This document shows positions 18,078 to 27,409 of a DNA stretch of 64,000 nt, piece by piece. A model generated the notes under the pieces. The model was not told the DNA's origin. It saw only the letters and a list, made by a program, of their open reading frames with translations, and ran no database searches. The position numbers and the translations under genes were made by a program. The stretch's first letter is position 1, and each line of letters starts with the position of its first letter. This stretch comes from an uncultured Actinomycetota bacterium (GTDB taxonomy: Bacteria; Actinomycetota; Actinomycetes; Propionibacteriales; Nocardioidaceae), in the NCBI GenBank assembly GCA_963780245.1, contig CAWABG010000001.1:238375-302374 (forward strand), given 5' to 3'.

Positions 18078-19493
18078 CTAGGGCGTGTCCGCGCTCGCCT
18101 CGGGCATCGTCATCGGGTCGAGCCTGCGCAGGTCGAGGATGTGCCCGGTGCCCGGGGACAGCAGTACGTCGAGCGACGCGCGGGCCACGGAGCCGGAGCT
18201 GAGCAGCGAACTGGGATCCTCCTCCCCGAAGGCGCGCGTGCGCATCGGGGTGCCGGTGCGTTCGGGGTTCACGCAGTTGACGGCCACTCCGGCCTCGGCC
18301 CACTCGTCGGCGAGCGCCTGGGTCAGATTGACCACCGCGGCCTTCGCGGAGGAGTAGAGGCTGTAGCCGCTGCGGCCGCGGGTGTAGGAGCTGGAGGTGA
18401 ACAGCAGCAGTCCGCCGCCGGTGCGCGCAAGGTGGGGAAAGAACACCTGGGCGGTGAAGACGGGGGCGAGGTAGTTGACCTCGGTCGCTGAGTAGATCGT
18501 CTCCTCGCTCGACTCCAGCAGGGAACCCCGGGGCAGCACGCCGGCGCTGTTCACGACGTAGTCGATCCGGCCGTGCTCGGCGATCACCGAGTCCGCGGCC
18601 GCGACCAGGTCCTCCCGGCGCTCGACGTGGGTGCCGGTACTGGACCGGCTGAACGTGCTGACGAGCGCACCGTGCTCGAGGGCGAGGGCGGCGATGTCGG
18701 CGCCGATGCCGTAGCTGCCGCCGAGCACCACGATCGACTTGCCGCTCAGCTGCCTCCGGAGCTCCTCGGGGGTGTGCGGGGTCGGCAGGTAGGTGGTGGT
18801 CAGCTGGAAGAGCTTGTCGGCCAGGTAGACGTCGATCGGGTCAGTCACCTTCATGTTGCGTTCCTCGCCGGCGACGACCCAGATCGGTACGTCGGGCAGG
18901 TACCGCAGCACCACCGAGCAGTCGTCGGTGGCGGTGAACTCGGGGTCGTCGGCCGCGGCTTCGTAGGCCTTGGCGAGCACGGAGCTGCGGAAGCCCTGTG
19001 GCGTCTGGCCGCGCCGCAGGCGGTCCCGCGCCGGCACGCGCGTGATGGTGTTGCCGTCGTCCACCTCGATGATCGTGTCCGCCGACGGGATGGCGACGTC
19101 GACCGCGTCGTACTGCTCGAGCGCGGCGAAGCAGTCGCTGATGATCCGGGCGCTGACCAGCGGCCGGACCGCGTCGTGCAGCAGCAGGTGGCAGTCGCCG
19201 TCCAGCGCGTCGAGAGCTCGTCGCGTCGTGCCGTTGCGGGTCTCCGCGCCCTCGAGGATCGCCGCGACCTTGTCGTAGTCGCCGTCCCGCACGATGTCGC
19301 GGACGGCATCGAGGTGGCCCGGCGCCATCATCACGATGATCTCGTCGACCATCGGGTGCTGCTCGAAGGCCGCCAGTGTGTGCTCCAGGATCGTCTTCCC
19401 GGCGATCTTGATCAGCTGCTTGGGGATGTCGAGCCCGACACGGGAGCCCACACCTCCGGCCAGGAGTACGGCGACTCGGCGCGGCCCGCTCAC
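18078..19493 (-). CDS. bifunctional IspD/TarI-type cytidylyltransferase + SDR reductase (CDP-polyol synthase, Bcs1-like)
   Basis: LLAGGVGSRVGLDIPKQL, LLHDAVRPLV, GQTPQGF, NMKVT; SDR GGSYGIG and YSSAK. Confidence 0.92.
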   Translation of the reverse strand: MSGPRRVAVLLAGGVGSRVGLDIPKQLIKIAGKTILEHTLAAFEQHPMVDEIIVMMAPGHLDAVRDIVRDGDYDKVAAILEGAETRNGTTRRALDALDGDCHLLLHDAVRPLVSARIISDCFAALEQYDAVDVAIPSADTIIEVDDGNTITRVPARDRLRRGQTPQGFRSSVLAKAYEAAADDPEFTATDDCSVVLRYLPDVPIWVVAGEERNMKVTDPIDVYLADKLFQLTTTYLPTPHTPEELRRQLSGKSIVVLGGSYGIGADIAALALEHGALVSTFSRSSTGTHVERREDLVAAADSVIAEHGRIDYVVNSAGVLPRGSLLESSEETIYSATEVNYLAPVFTAQVFFPHLARTGGGLLLFTSSSYTRGRSGYSLYSSAKAAVVNLTQALADEWAEAGVAVNCVNPERTGTPMRTRAFGEEDPSSLLSSGSVARASLDVLLSPGTGHILDLRRLDPMTMPEASADTP

Positions 19494-20530
19494 GGGCTCG
19501 TGGCCCGTCGTCCGACCAGTCGTGCTGCCCGAGCGCGCAGGCCCTGGCCGGCGTCTCGCTGCTCCTCACGCACCCGGCGAACTGCCTTGCGGCGTTCGCG
19601 TCGGACCGTTGCGCCGGTCCGGGTGCGAGCCACGTCGAAGCACTCGTCGTAGAAGTCGACGAACTCGGACCCCAGCGCGTCGAGTTCGGCCCGGACCTCG
19701 ACCTGGGCGTTCGGCATGGTCCCCACCAGTCGGCCGTAGGTCTCGTAGACCCGCGCGGCCAGGTCGCGGGTCCTCGACGGCAGGGCGAGCTCGTCCCAGT
19801 CGATGATCGAGCGACGCAGTCCGGGATCGACGAGGTCGTCGGCCTCGGCCACCGCCGCCTCGCTCGCGCCACTGAGCAGGGCGAGGCCGAGGGACTCGTC
19901 GGCCTGTCCGATCGCGGACTTCCAGTCGGTCAGCAGGTCCGGATAGCTCAGGGTGGCCCGGGGCAGGTCGCGGGTGCGCGCCTCGATGCCGAGCATCATG
20001 TTCATCCAACCGACGATCCTGGTGGTGTTGCCGGTCCGGGTGCCGTAGGCGACCTCCCGCGACCTCATCACCTCGGCGGGATCGCGGAGCATCGTCGCCA
20101 CGCGCAGGTCGGCATCGAGGCGGGCCGCCGCCACGCGGTAGACCTCGAAGAACCAGGCCAGCCGGGGGTCCTTGACGACCAACCGGTCGGCCTCGCTGAA
20201 CTGCTGCTCCAGCCAGTCGGCGAGCGCGGTGACCACCTCGGGCTTCTCGACCAGCTTCGCGGTGAGGTCCCAGGCCTCCGGGCGTCCGTCCTCGACGACG
20301 ACGTCGACCCGCTTGAGCAGCTCGTTGTGGAAGTCGACCGCCCAGCGGGGCTCACCGAAGCCGCGGGGGTTGGAGCGGTTCGCGCTCACCTCAGGTTTGG
20401 GGATGTGAAATCCGAGCCGACCCGTGAGTCCGGCGAAGAGGCTGGTCCCGCTCCTCCCGGAGCCCGCCACCACGAGGATCTGGCGGGTCGCCGCCCCCGG
20501 AGTCGGTGCAGGCTCGTTCCCGTTCTGCAT
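19490..20530 (-). CDS. sulfotransferase-family protein (paralog of 13404-14414)
   Basis: VAGSGRSGTS, NPRGFGEPRW, VKDPR, MLRDPAEVMRSRE; basic C-terminal helix. Confidence 0.82.
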   Translation of the reverse strand: MQNGNEPAPTPGAATRQILVVAGSGRSGTSLFAGLTGRLGFHIPKPEVSANRSNPRGFGEPRWAVDFHNELLKRVDVVVEDGRPEAWDLTAKLVEKPEVVTALADWLEQQFSEADRLVVKDPRLAWFFEVYRVAAARLDADLRVATMLRDPAEVMRSREVAYGTRTGNTTRIVGWMNMMLGIEARTRDLPRATLSYPDLLTDWKSAIGQADESLGLALLSGASEAAVAEADDLVDPGLRRSIIDWDELALPSRTRDLAARVYETYGRLVGTMPNAQVEVRAELDALGSEFVDFYDECFDVARTRTGATVRRERRKAVRRVREEQRDAGQGLRARAARLVGRRATSP

Positions 20531-20560
20531 GGGCAGACTGTTTCACATCACCCGGCGTCG

Positions 20561-20689
20561 GGAGCGGTGACCTGTGGTCGGTTCCGCGCCGGCAAACCGA
20601 CCACAGCTCACCGCCCACCCGGCCGGCCACCCAGGAGCGGTGACCTGTGATCGGTTCTCGAGTCAGAAACCGACCACAGCTCACCGCCC
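20561..20689. repeat. tandem pair of palindromic hairpin repeats (73-bp period)
   Basis: GGAGCGGTGACCTGTG(G/A)TCGGTT-N11-AACCGACCACAGCTCACCGCCC at 20561-20616 and 20634-20689; same family as 4253-4544. Confidence 0.9.
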
Positions 20690-20753
20690 GGCCGGTCCGA
20701 CAGCCAGTGACCCTCGGCTCCGGCCCCCGACCTTGCCGGGGCACACTGAAGCC

Positions 20754-21716
20754 GTGGGTGACCAGCCGAACCACGACCCGGGCCCGGCTCCGTGCTGTGT
20801 AGGGAGCCAGGCGACCGCGCAGCCCACCGCGCGGCGGCCGCCGCCGCGGGCCGCCGTCAACCGGCGCGGTCAGGTGGCGATCCCCGGCGGGAGCTTCCTC
20901 ATGGGGGACCCGTTCGACGAGGGCTATCCCGCGGACGGCGAGACCCCCGTGCACCAGGTACGGCTGTCGGCGTTCCACATCGATCCCACCGCGGTCACCA
21001 ACGCCATGTTCGCCGCCTTCGTCAAGGCCACCGGCTACCTCACCGACGCCGAGGAGCTCGGGGTCTCCGCCGTCTTCCACCTGGCCTTCGGCGGCCGTAG
21101 CACCGACGTCGTCCAGCGTGTGGAGGGGACACCGTGGTGGCTCGCGGTGCGGGGCGCCTCGTGGCGCCAGCCGGAGGGCGCAGGATCCACCATCGGGGAC
21201 CGGCAGAACCACCCAGTCGTGCACGTCTCCTGGAACGACGCCGAGGCGTACTGCCGATGGGCCGGGAAGAGACTGCCGACCGAGGCCGAGTGGGAGTACG
21301 CCGCCCGGGGCGACCTCGAACAGGCGCGGTACGCGTGGGGTGACGAGCTCACCCCGCGCGGTCGGTGGCAGTGCAACATCTGGCAGGGGGCCTTCCCCAC
21401 GACGAACACACTGGAGGACGGCCACCTCACGACGGCGCCGGTCAAGAGCTACCGACCGAACGGCTCAGGTCTCTGGCAGACGGCCGGGAACGTGTGGGAG
21501 TGGTGCTCCGACTGGTTCGATGCGGGCTACTACGCCCGATCGGAAGGGCAGGATCCGCGCGGTCCCGACGGGGGCGACGCCCGGGTGATGCGGGGCGGCT
21601 CCTACCTGTGCCACGACAGCTACTGCCATCGCTACCGGGTGGCGGCCCGCTCCAGCAGTACGCCCGACTCCGCGTCGGCCAACCTCGGGTTCCGCTGCGC
21701 GAACGACGCGGCCTGA
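20754..21716 (+). CDS. formylglycine-generating enzyme (sulfatase-modifying factor)
   Basis: HPVVHVSWNDAEAYCRWAGKRLPTEAEWEYAARG, GNVWEWCSDW, RVMRGGSYLCHDSYCHRYRVAAR with both catalytic Cys, NLGFRC. Confidence 0.93.
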   Translation: MGDQPNHDPGPAPCCVGSQATAQPTARRPPPRAAVNRRGQVAIPGGSFLMGDPFDEGYPADGETPVHQVRLSAFHIDPTAVTNAMFAAFVKATGYLTDAEELGVSAVFHLAFGGRSTDVVQRVEGTPWWLAVRGASWRQPEGAGSTIGDRQNHPVVHVSWNDAEAYCRWAGKRLPTEAEWEYAARGDLEQARYAWGDELTPRGRWQCNIWQGAFPTTNTLEDGHLTTAPVKSYRPNGSGLWQTAGNVWEWCSDWFDAGYYARSEGQDPRGPDGGDARVMRGGSYLCHDSYCHRYRVAARSSSTPDSASANLGFRCANDAA

Positions 21717-21747
21717 GCCGCAACGGGCCTCAGGTGCCGCCGCCCTG

Positions 21748-22443
21748 CTACTTCTTGCCAGAGCGCTTCCGCGGTCGCCCGCCACTAAGCTGGGGCAGCA
21801 GGTCGGTGGTGGGGTACTTGCCGACCAGGTCGTGGTACTCGAAGCCCGAGGCCCGATCCTTGTGGATGAGGAACTGCTTGTACGGCAGCGCGTAGAACGG
21901 GTGACCCATCGCCTCGGCGAAGTGGACGGCGAACGGGAAGACCAGGGACGGCTCGAACCTGCTGGCGTGCTGCCAGATCGTGGGAGTGAGGTCGTCGCCG
22001 GCGAGGTACCCGCCGTCGCGCACCTTCGGATAGACCTTGATCAGGTCGATGGTGATGCCGCGCAGCGTGTGGTCACCGTCGATGTAGGCGAGGTCCAGGG
22101 ACGCGTCGTCGACCTGGTCGATCACCTCGCTGGTGCGGCCGCGCAGCACCCGTCGCTTCGACGCATGCGCCTCGGTCGCCTCCATCGACTCCCGGTAGTA
22201 CTCCTCGAAGACGTCGTCCGCGCGGTTGGCGGGCTTGTTCCAGTCGCTGAGGTTCCGCCACGGGTCGATCATCGTGTACTCCGTGATGTCGGGGCACCCG
22301 TCCAGGAGGGTCTTCGCGAACTCACCCCTGAACACGCCTACCTCGGCGATCGTCGCCAGGCGCTGTCCCGAAATCAGGTGGCTCCAGAGCTGGAACCGGT
22401 TGCCGGCCGCGTCCATCGCGACTCGCACGGCGTTGGTGACCAT
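21748..22443 (-). CDS. class I SAM-dependent methyltransferase (Methyltransf_24-like)
   Basis: AEVGVFRGEF, IDPW, LDLAYIDGDHT, KVRDGGYLAGDD. Confidence 0.85.
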   Translation of the reverse strand: MVTNAVRVAMDAAGNRFQLWSHLISGQRLATIAEVGVFRGEFAKTLLDGCPDITEYTMIDPWRNLSDWNKPANRADDVFEEYYRESMEATEAHASKRRVLRGRTSEVIDQVDDASLDLAYIDGDHTLRGITIDLIKVYPKVRDGGYLAGDDLTPTIWQHASRFEPSLVFPFAVHFAEAMGHPFYALPYKQFLIHKDRASGFEYHDLVGKYPTTDLLPQLSGGRPRKRSGKK

Positions 22444-22468
22444 GTCGTCCTTCCGAGAGGGATGTCGC

Positions 22469-23830
22469 TCAGCGGAGCGTCCGGTGGAGCCTTCGGAGCA
22501 TCAGGTTCCGCAGCTGGCTCTGGGTCGTGTGGTGTGCGCGCGCTCCGGCGAGGTTGGTCGTCTCGTGCGGGTCGTTCTCGAGGTCGAAGAGCAGATATGT
22601 GGCAGCGAACCTGTTGACCGCCATTTTCCACTGAGGGGTGACGATCATGCTCTCATCGTTGAACTCCGAGGTCGCCGCCCGTCGATGGCGTTCCGTCTCC
22701 CCGGTGAGCCGGGGCATCAGGCTGCGCGCGTGGCTTCCGGCTACCGCCTCGCCGCCGGCCAGGTCGACCAGGGTCGCGCCGATGTCCATCAGCTCGACCG
22801 GATCGTCCAGCACCGTGCCGGGCTGAACCCCTGGGGCACGCAGCAGGAAGGGGATGCGCGCGGAGGGGTCGAGGAAGTTCTGTTTGTAGATCAGCCCGAA
22901 GTCGCCGTTCATCTCGCCGTGGTCGGAAACCATGGCGATCACGGTGTTGTCCATCTCGCCTCGTTCCTCGATGACGCGGAGCAGTTCGCCCACCTGGTCG
23001 TCGATGAGAGCGAGCTTGCCGGCGTAGTCGGCGCGCATCCGCGCCACGTCCTCCGGCGGGATCTGGAGGTCGGGCATCTTGTCGAGCAGGCCAGTGTGCC
23101 GGCCCTCGCGGGCTCCCTCGCGGGCAACGAGCGGGGCCGGCATGGCGGCCGGGTCGAACCTGCTGGCGTACGGGTCGGGGCAGTCCCACGGCTCGTGCGG
23201 CCCGCTGAAGCTGACCCAACACATCCAGGGCCGCGGGTCGGACTTGTCCTCGAGCCACCGCGCGGCCTGCCGGCCGACGTACACGTCGGGGTAGAGATCG
23301 ATCGGGAGCGGCGAGGGGCGGACCGCCCACGGCTCGTTCTGCACGCGGCCCTGGACGTCGCGGACGTAGGCCTCGCGGACGCCGTGCCGGTCCCACAGGT
23401 CGGTGAGGTTGGAGCTGGTCTTGGTGCTCGCCCGCGGTCCGGCGATCTCGTCCACGTGGTCGAGCCCCCACGACCGCACCAGGTCGACCCGGTCGCGCAG
23501 GTCTCCGACCTGGGCATGGAGATGGGTCTTTCCGAAGACGCTGGTCGAGTAGCCGGCCTCCTGCACCGAGCGCATCCATGTCGGGGCGTCGCGGGGCAGG
23601 TCGTAGCGACCGTTCTCCCAGACGCCGGTGTTGTGGGGGTAGCGACCGGTGGCCAGGCTGACCCGGGCAGGGACGCAGACCGGTGAGTTGGTGTACGCCC
23701 GGTTCGCACGCATGCCCTCGGCCGCGATCCGGTCCAGGTGAGGCGTGCTGAGCCAGTCGGAGACCGCGCTGAGCGCGTCCCACCGATGCTGATCGGTCAT
23801 GATCAGCAGGATGTTCGGCCGGTCGCCCAT
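22469..23830 (-). CDS. Cys-type sulfatase (arylsulfatase/choline-sulfatase superfamily), no signal peptide
   Basis: RPNILLIMTDQHRWD, CVPAR (CxPxR) then SLATGRYP, FGKTHL, PHEPW, SDHGEM, LFDLENDPHETTNL. Confidence 0.95.
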   Translation of the reverse strand: MGDRPNILLIMTDQHRWDALSAVSDWLSTPHLDRIAAEGMRANRAYTNSPVCVPARVSLATGRYPHNTGVWENGRYDLPRDAPTWMRSVQEAGYSTSVFGKTHLHAQVGDLRDRVDLVRSWGLDHVDEIAGPRASTKTSSNLTDLWDRHGVREAYVRDVQGRVQNEPWAVRPSPLPIDLYPDVYVGRQAARWLEDKSDPRPWMCWVSFSGPHEPWDCPDPYASRFDPAAMPAPLVAREGAREGRHTGLLDKMPDLQIPPEDVARMRADYAGKLALIDDQVGELLRVIEERGEMDNTVIAMVSDHGEMNGDFGLIYKQNFLDPSARIPFLLRAPGVQPGTVLDDPVELMDIGATLVDLAGGEAVAGSHARSLMPRLTGETERHRRAATSEFNDESMIVTPQWKMAVNRFAATYLLFDLENDPHETTNLAGARAHHTTQSQLRNLMLRRLHRTLR

Positions 23831-23938
23831 GCAGCCTCCTCACTCGGGTCGCTCACTCTAAGTCAGCGGCCCAGCCCCACCGCGTAGAATCCGGCGCGGC
23901 CGCGACCGCGGCGTTCGCGATGGGCAGTGAGGACAGCG

Positions 23939-25117
23939 GTGTCCGACGACGATCTCAGCCTGGCCGAGGGCTCCGTCCTGGTGCACATCGGCCCTTACAA
24001 GACCGGCAGCACGGCCATCCAGTCGTCCCTGCACCAGCACCGGGAGGACCTGGCCCGGCATGGCGTCCTGTACCCGGGTCCGAGCGCAAGGCAGTTCCGC
24101 GCGGGCTGGGCTCTGGTCGGACGAGGTCCGCGAGGAAGGGGCCAGGTTCCCGACCACGAGTGGGACGACCTGGTGACCGTGGTCCGGGAGTCGACCGCGT
24201 CCCGGGTGTGCCTGAGCAGCGAGAACTTCTCGAGCGCGACCACCGAGCAGGTACGGCGCCTGGTCGAGGACCTCGGGCCCGACAAGGTGCACGTGCTGGC
24301 CGTCGTACGCCGGCTCGACCGGTTGCTGCCCTCGTCCTGGCAGCAGCGGCTCCAGACCACGACCGACCCGAGGTCGTACGACGATTGGCTGCGGGAGGTG
24401 CTCGCCGCCCAGCCGCGACGCGGACCCGGGATGACGTTCTGGAACCACCACGGCGTGGGGCAGCTGCTGGATCGTTGGCGGGCTTCGCTCCCCGCCGAGC
24501 AGGTCACGCTCCTGGTGGCCGACGAGTCCGACCGATCCCAGCAGATGCGCATCTTCGAACGGCTCCTGGGGCTGCCCGAGGGGCTGCTGACCCCCGGGGC
24601 TCGCGACAACGCGTCCTTCACCTACGACCGGATCGAGCTCTACCGACGCGTGCTCGAGCGGTCCGCCGAGCACGGCTTGGACGCCAAGCGCCGACGCACG
24701 CTGCTGCAGCACGGCCTGCTCCAGGGGCTGCGCCAGGCGCCCGCGCACGAGGCAGACGTGCCGATCCCACCGCTGCCCGCGTGGACGTCCGGGCGGGTCA
24801 CCGAGCTCAGTGCCATCCGGGTCCAGGAGGTCGCCACCTCCGGGGCCCGGATCGTCGGCGACCCCGAGGCGCTGCGGGTCGCGGCGGTCGGAGCCGATGA
24901 GGTGCCACCCGGACCGGAGACGATCGGGATCGAGACGGCGGCCCGGGGGCTCGAGGCCCTGGTCGAGGCAGCGCTGCACGCCGAGCGGCTCGCGCGTCGC
25001 CAGGGGAGTGGCGGCCGGGCGCCGGCCGCGCGTCGTACCGTCTCCGAGACCTCCAGCAGGGAGCTGGTGCGCGAGGTCGCCGGTCGAGTGCGCCGACGCC
25101 TCCGTCCCGCTCGATAG
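23939..25117 (+). CDS. sulfotransferase-fold protein, paralog 1 of 3
   Basis: LVHIGPYKTGSTAIQ, GVLYP, CLSSENFS, VRRLDRLLPSSWQQ. Confidence 0.8.
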   Translation: MSDDDLSLAEGSVLVHIGPYKTGSTAIQSSLHQHREDLARHGVLYPGPSARQFRAGWALVGRGPRGRGQVPDHEWDDLVTVVRESTASRVCLSSENFSSATTEQVRRLVEDLGPDKVHVLAVVRRLDRLLPSSWQQRLQTTTDPRSYDDWLREVLAAQPRRGPGMTFWNHHGVGQLLDRWRASLPAEQVTLLVADESDRSQQMRIFERLLGLPEGLLTPGARDNASFTYDRIELYRRVLERSAEHGLDAKRRRTLLQHGLLQGLRQAPAHEADVPIPPLPAWTSGRVTELSAIRVQEVATSGARIVGDPEALRVAAVGADEVPPGPETIGIETAARGLEALVEAALHAERLARRQGSGGRAPAARRTVSETSSRELVREVAGRVRRRLRPAR

Positions 25118-25129
25118 ACTCGATACACC

Positions 25130-26302
25130 GTGACCGTGACCGACGACCTGCTGCTGCCCGAGGGCACGGTCCTGCTGCACATCGGTCCCTACAAGACCGG
25201 CTCCACCGCGCTTCAGTCCGCGCTGTTCGCGAAGCGCGAGGAGCTGGCGCAGTACGGCGTGGCCTACCCGGGCAAGTGGCGCCGGCTGTTCGGAATCGGG
25301 CATGCCCTGATGCGGTGGGCGCCCCGCGGACATCCGTTGCCGGATGTCTCCCGCTGGGACCGGTTCGCGGCCGAGGTGCGAGAGCTGGGCGACCAACGCG
25401 TCTGCCTGAGCACCGAGGACTTCGGCCGGATCCGGAAGCTGGAGCGCAGCAAGAAGATCGTCGAGGACCTCGGTGCGGACCGCCTGCACGTGGTCGCGGT
25501 GGCCCGCGCCTACCACCGGTTGCTGCCCTCGCACTGGCAGGAGCGGGTCAAGAACCACGAACGTCGCACCTATGACGAGTGGCTGCGCGAGGTGCTGGAG
25601 GGTGACGAGACCGACGAGGCCAACCGGAGCTTCTGGACCTCGCACGACATGGCGTGGATGACCTCGCGCTGGCTGCCCTACCTGCCGCCGGACCGGTTCA
25701 CCGTCATCGTGACCGACGACTCCGACCGTGGCCTCTTGCCGCGCACCTTCGAGCGCATGCTGGGTCTTCCCGATGGGCTGCTCACCCTCGACGACGGCGT
25801 CAACGCCTCGCTCAGCTTCCAGGGCACCGAGCTCCTCCGCCGGCTGAACCTTCGGTTCGAAGAACACGGCTGGTCCGACCGCGGCTATACGGCGTACGTC
25901 CAGCGGGGCGTCGTGCCCGCCCTGCAGGCGGCTGGTCGCTCGTCGCTCGAGACGGCGCTCCCGCCCCTCCCCGGCTGGGCCGGCGATCTCGTACGGCAGC
26001 GGAGCGAGGCCCGGATCGCGGCGATCCGGGAGGCGGGGGTCGATGTTGTCGGCGACCTGGACCGGTTGCTCCCCCCCGTGGAGGGCTCCGCTCCCGCGGA
26101 GACGGTCGACGCCGACACGGTGTCGCTGGACTCCGCCGTCTCCGCCGCGGTCGGCGTCGTGGAGGCCGCACTGCGGCGGCAGGGCGAGCTGCGGCGTACC
26201 CCTCGGGCAAGCGGTACGGCGGTGGCGGACACGTCGAGCCGGGCCATGCTGGCCGAGGTGCTGCGTCGGCAGCGACGACGGTTCGGCAGGATGCGGGCAT
26301 GA
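25130..26302 (+). CDS. sulfotransferase-fold protein, paralog 2 of 3
   Basis: LLHIGPYKTGSTALQ, CLSTEDFG, ARAYHRLLPSHWQE. Confidence 0.8.
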   Translation: MTVTDDLLLPEGTVLLHIGPYKTGSTALQSALFAKREELAQYGVAYPGKWRRLFGIGHALMRWAPRGHPLPDVSRWDRFAAEVRELGDQRVCLSTEDFGRIRKLERSKKIVEDLGADRLHVVAVARAYHRLLPSHWQERVKNHERRTYDEWLREVLEGDETDEANRSFWTSHDMAWMTSRWLPYLPPDRFTVIVTDDSDRGLLPRTFERMLGLPDGLLTLDDGVNASLSFQGTELLRRLNLRFEEHGWSDRGYTAYVQRGVVPALQAAGRSSLETALPPLPGWAGDLVRQRSEARIAAIREAGVDVVGDLDRLLPPVEGSAPAETVDADTVSLDSAVSAAVGVVEAALRRQGELRRTPRASGTAVADTSSRAMLAEVLRRQRRRFGRMRA

Positions 26303-27378
26303 CCGGAGTGGACGAGTTGGCCGCGGACCCCGTGCCGGAAGGCGCCGTGCTGGTGCACATCGGTCCTCCGAAGACCGGCACCACGTCCCTGCAGGGGGCG
26401 CTGCACGAACGCCGTTCCGAGCTGCGTGAGCACGGCGTCGTCTACCCGGGGACCACGCGCCGCCAGAAGCGTCCCGGGTTCGCCCTGCTCGGGTCGGTGG
26501 AGGCGGGTCGGAAGATCCCGATCTCGGAGTGGGACGACCTGGCGGTCGAGGTGCGCGCGGCCACCGGCGCGCGCGTCTGCGTGAGCACGGAGAGCTTCGC
26601 CCGCGCCGGCCGGCGCAAGATCCGCAAGATCGTCGAGGACCTCGGCCCGGACCGGGTGCACATGGTGGTCACCGCCCGCCGGCTGGACCGGCTGATGCCG
26701 TCGGCCTGGCAGCAGCGGATCAAGGGCGTCGGGGAGACGTTGCCGTACGCCGCGTGGGTGGACGAGGTGCTGGACCCGGAGCGGCCGAAGGGAGCCGGCG
26801 CGACGTTCTGGAGGCACCACGACCTGGCCGCGACCATCGCCGACTGGCGCGTGATGCTCCCGGCGGACCGGATCATCGTGGTCGCAGCGGACGAGTCTGA
26901 CCGCGGTCAGATCCTTCGGGTCTTCGAGGGGCTCCTTGCCCTCCCGGACGGGCTGCTGCAGTCGGTCGTCGAGGCCGTGTCGAGCAACACCTCCCTGAGC
27001 TACGAGCGAGCCGAGCTGCTCAGGCAGCTCAACGTCGCCCTCGAGCAGCTCGGGCCGGACACCCGGGCGCGTCGTCGGCTGGTCGCCGACCTGCGTCGAG
27101 GTGTGCTCGCCGGCGCACGGGAGTCGTCGGAGACGTCGATTCCCGGATTGCCGGCCGCGGCCCTGGCCCGCGTCGCCGAGCTGAGCGAGCAGCGGTCCCA
27201 GGCCGTGCGCGCTGCTGGGGTCCGGATCGTCGGCGACCTCGACCGACTGCGGGTACCCGTGGGTGACGCTTCCGAAGAGATGGCTGCGCCGCCGACCACC
27301 GTCCCGATCGGGGTGTCCATCGAGGCGCTGGCGGCGATGGTGGCCGGCCGGTCTACCCCGGCACCCGCCGACGACTGA
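26299..27378 (+). CDS. sulfotransferase-fold protein, paralog 3 of 3
   Basis: LVHIGPPKTGTTSLQ, CVSTESFA, ARRLDRLMPSAWQQ; ATGA overlap. Confidence 0.8.
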   Translation: MTGVDELAADPVPEGAVLVHIGPPKTGTTSLQGALHERRSELREHGVVYPGTTRRQKRPGFALLGSVEAGRKIPISEWDDLAVEVRAATGARVCVSTESFARAGRRKIRKIVEDLGPDRVHMVVTARRLDRLMPSAWQQRIKGVGETLPYAAWVDEVLDPERPKGAGATFWRHHDLAATIADWRVMLPADRIIVVAADESDRGQILRVFEGLLALPDGLLQSVVEAVSSNTSLSYERAELLRQLNVALEQLGPDTRARRRLVADLRRGVLAGARESSETSIPGLPAAALARVAELSEQRSQAVRAAGVRIVGDLDRLRVPVGDASEEMAAPPTTVPIGVSIEALAAMVAGRSTPAPADD

Positions 27379-27409
27379 ATCAGCTGGTCCTCTTGTAGCC
27401 TTTCGAATC

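Noticed and set aside
20561-20689. Mini-CRISPR (repeat-spacer-repeat)
   Set aside because: The variable parts are 11-nt loops between inverted arms, too short for spacers; only two units.
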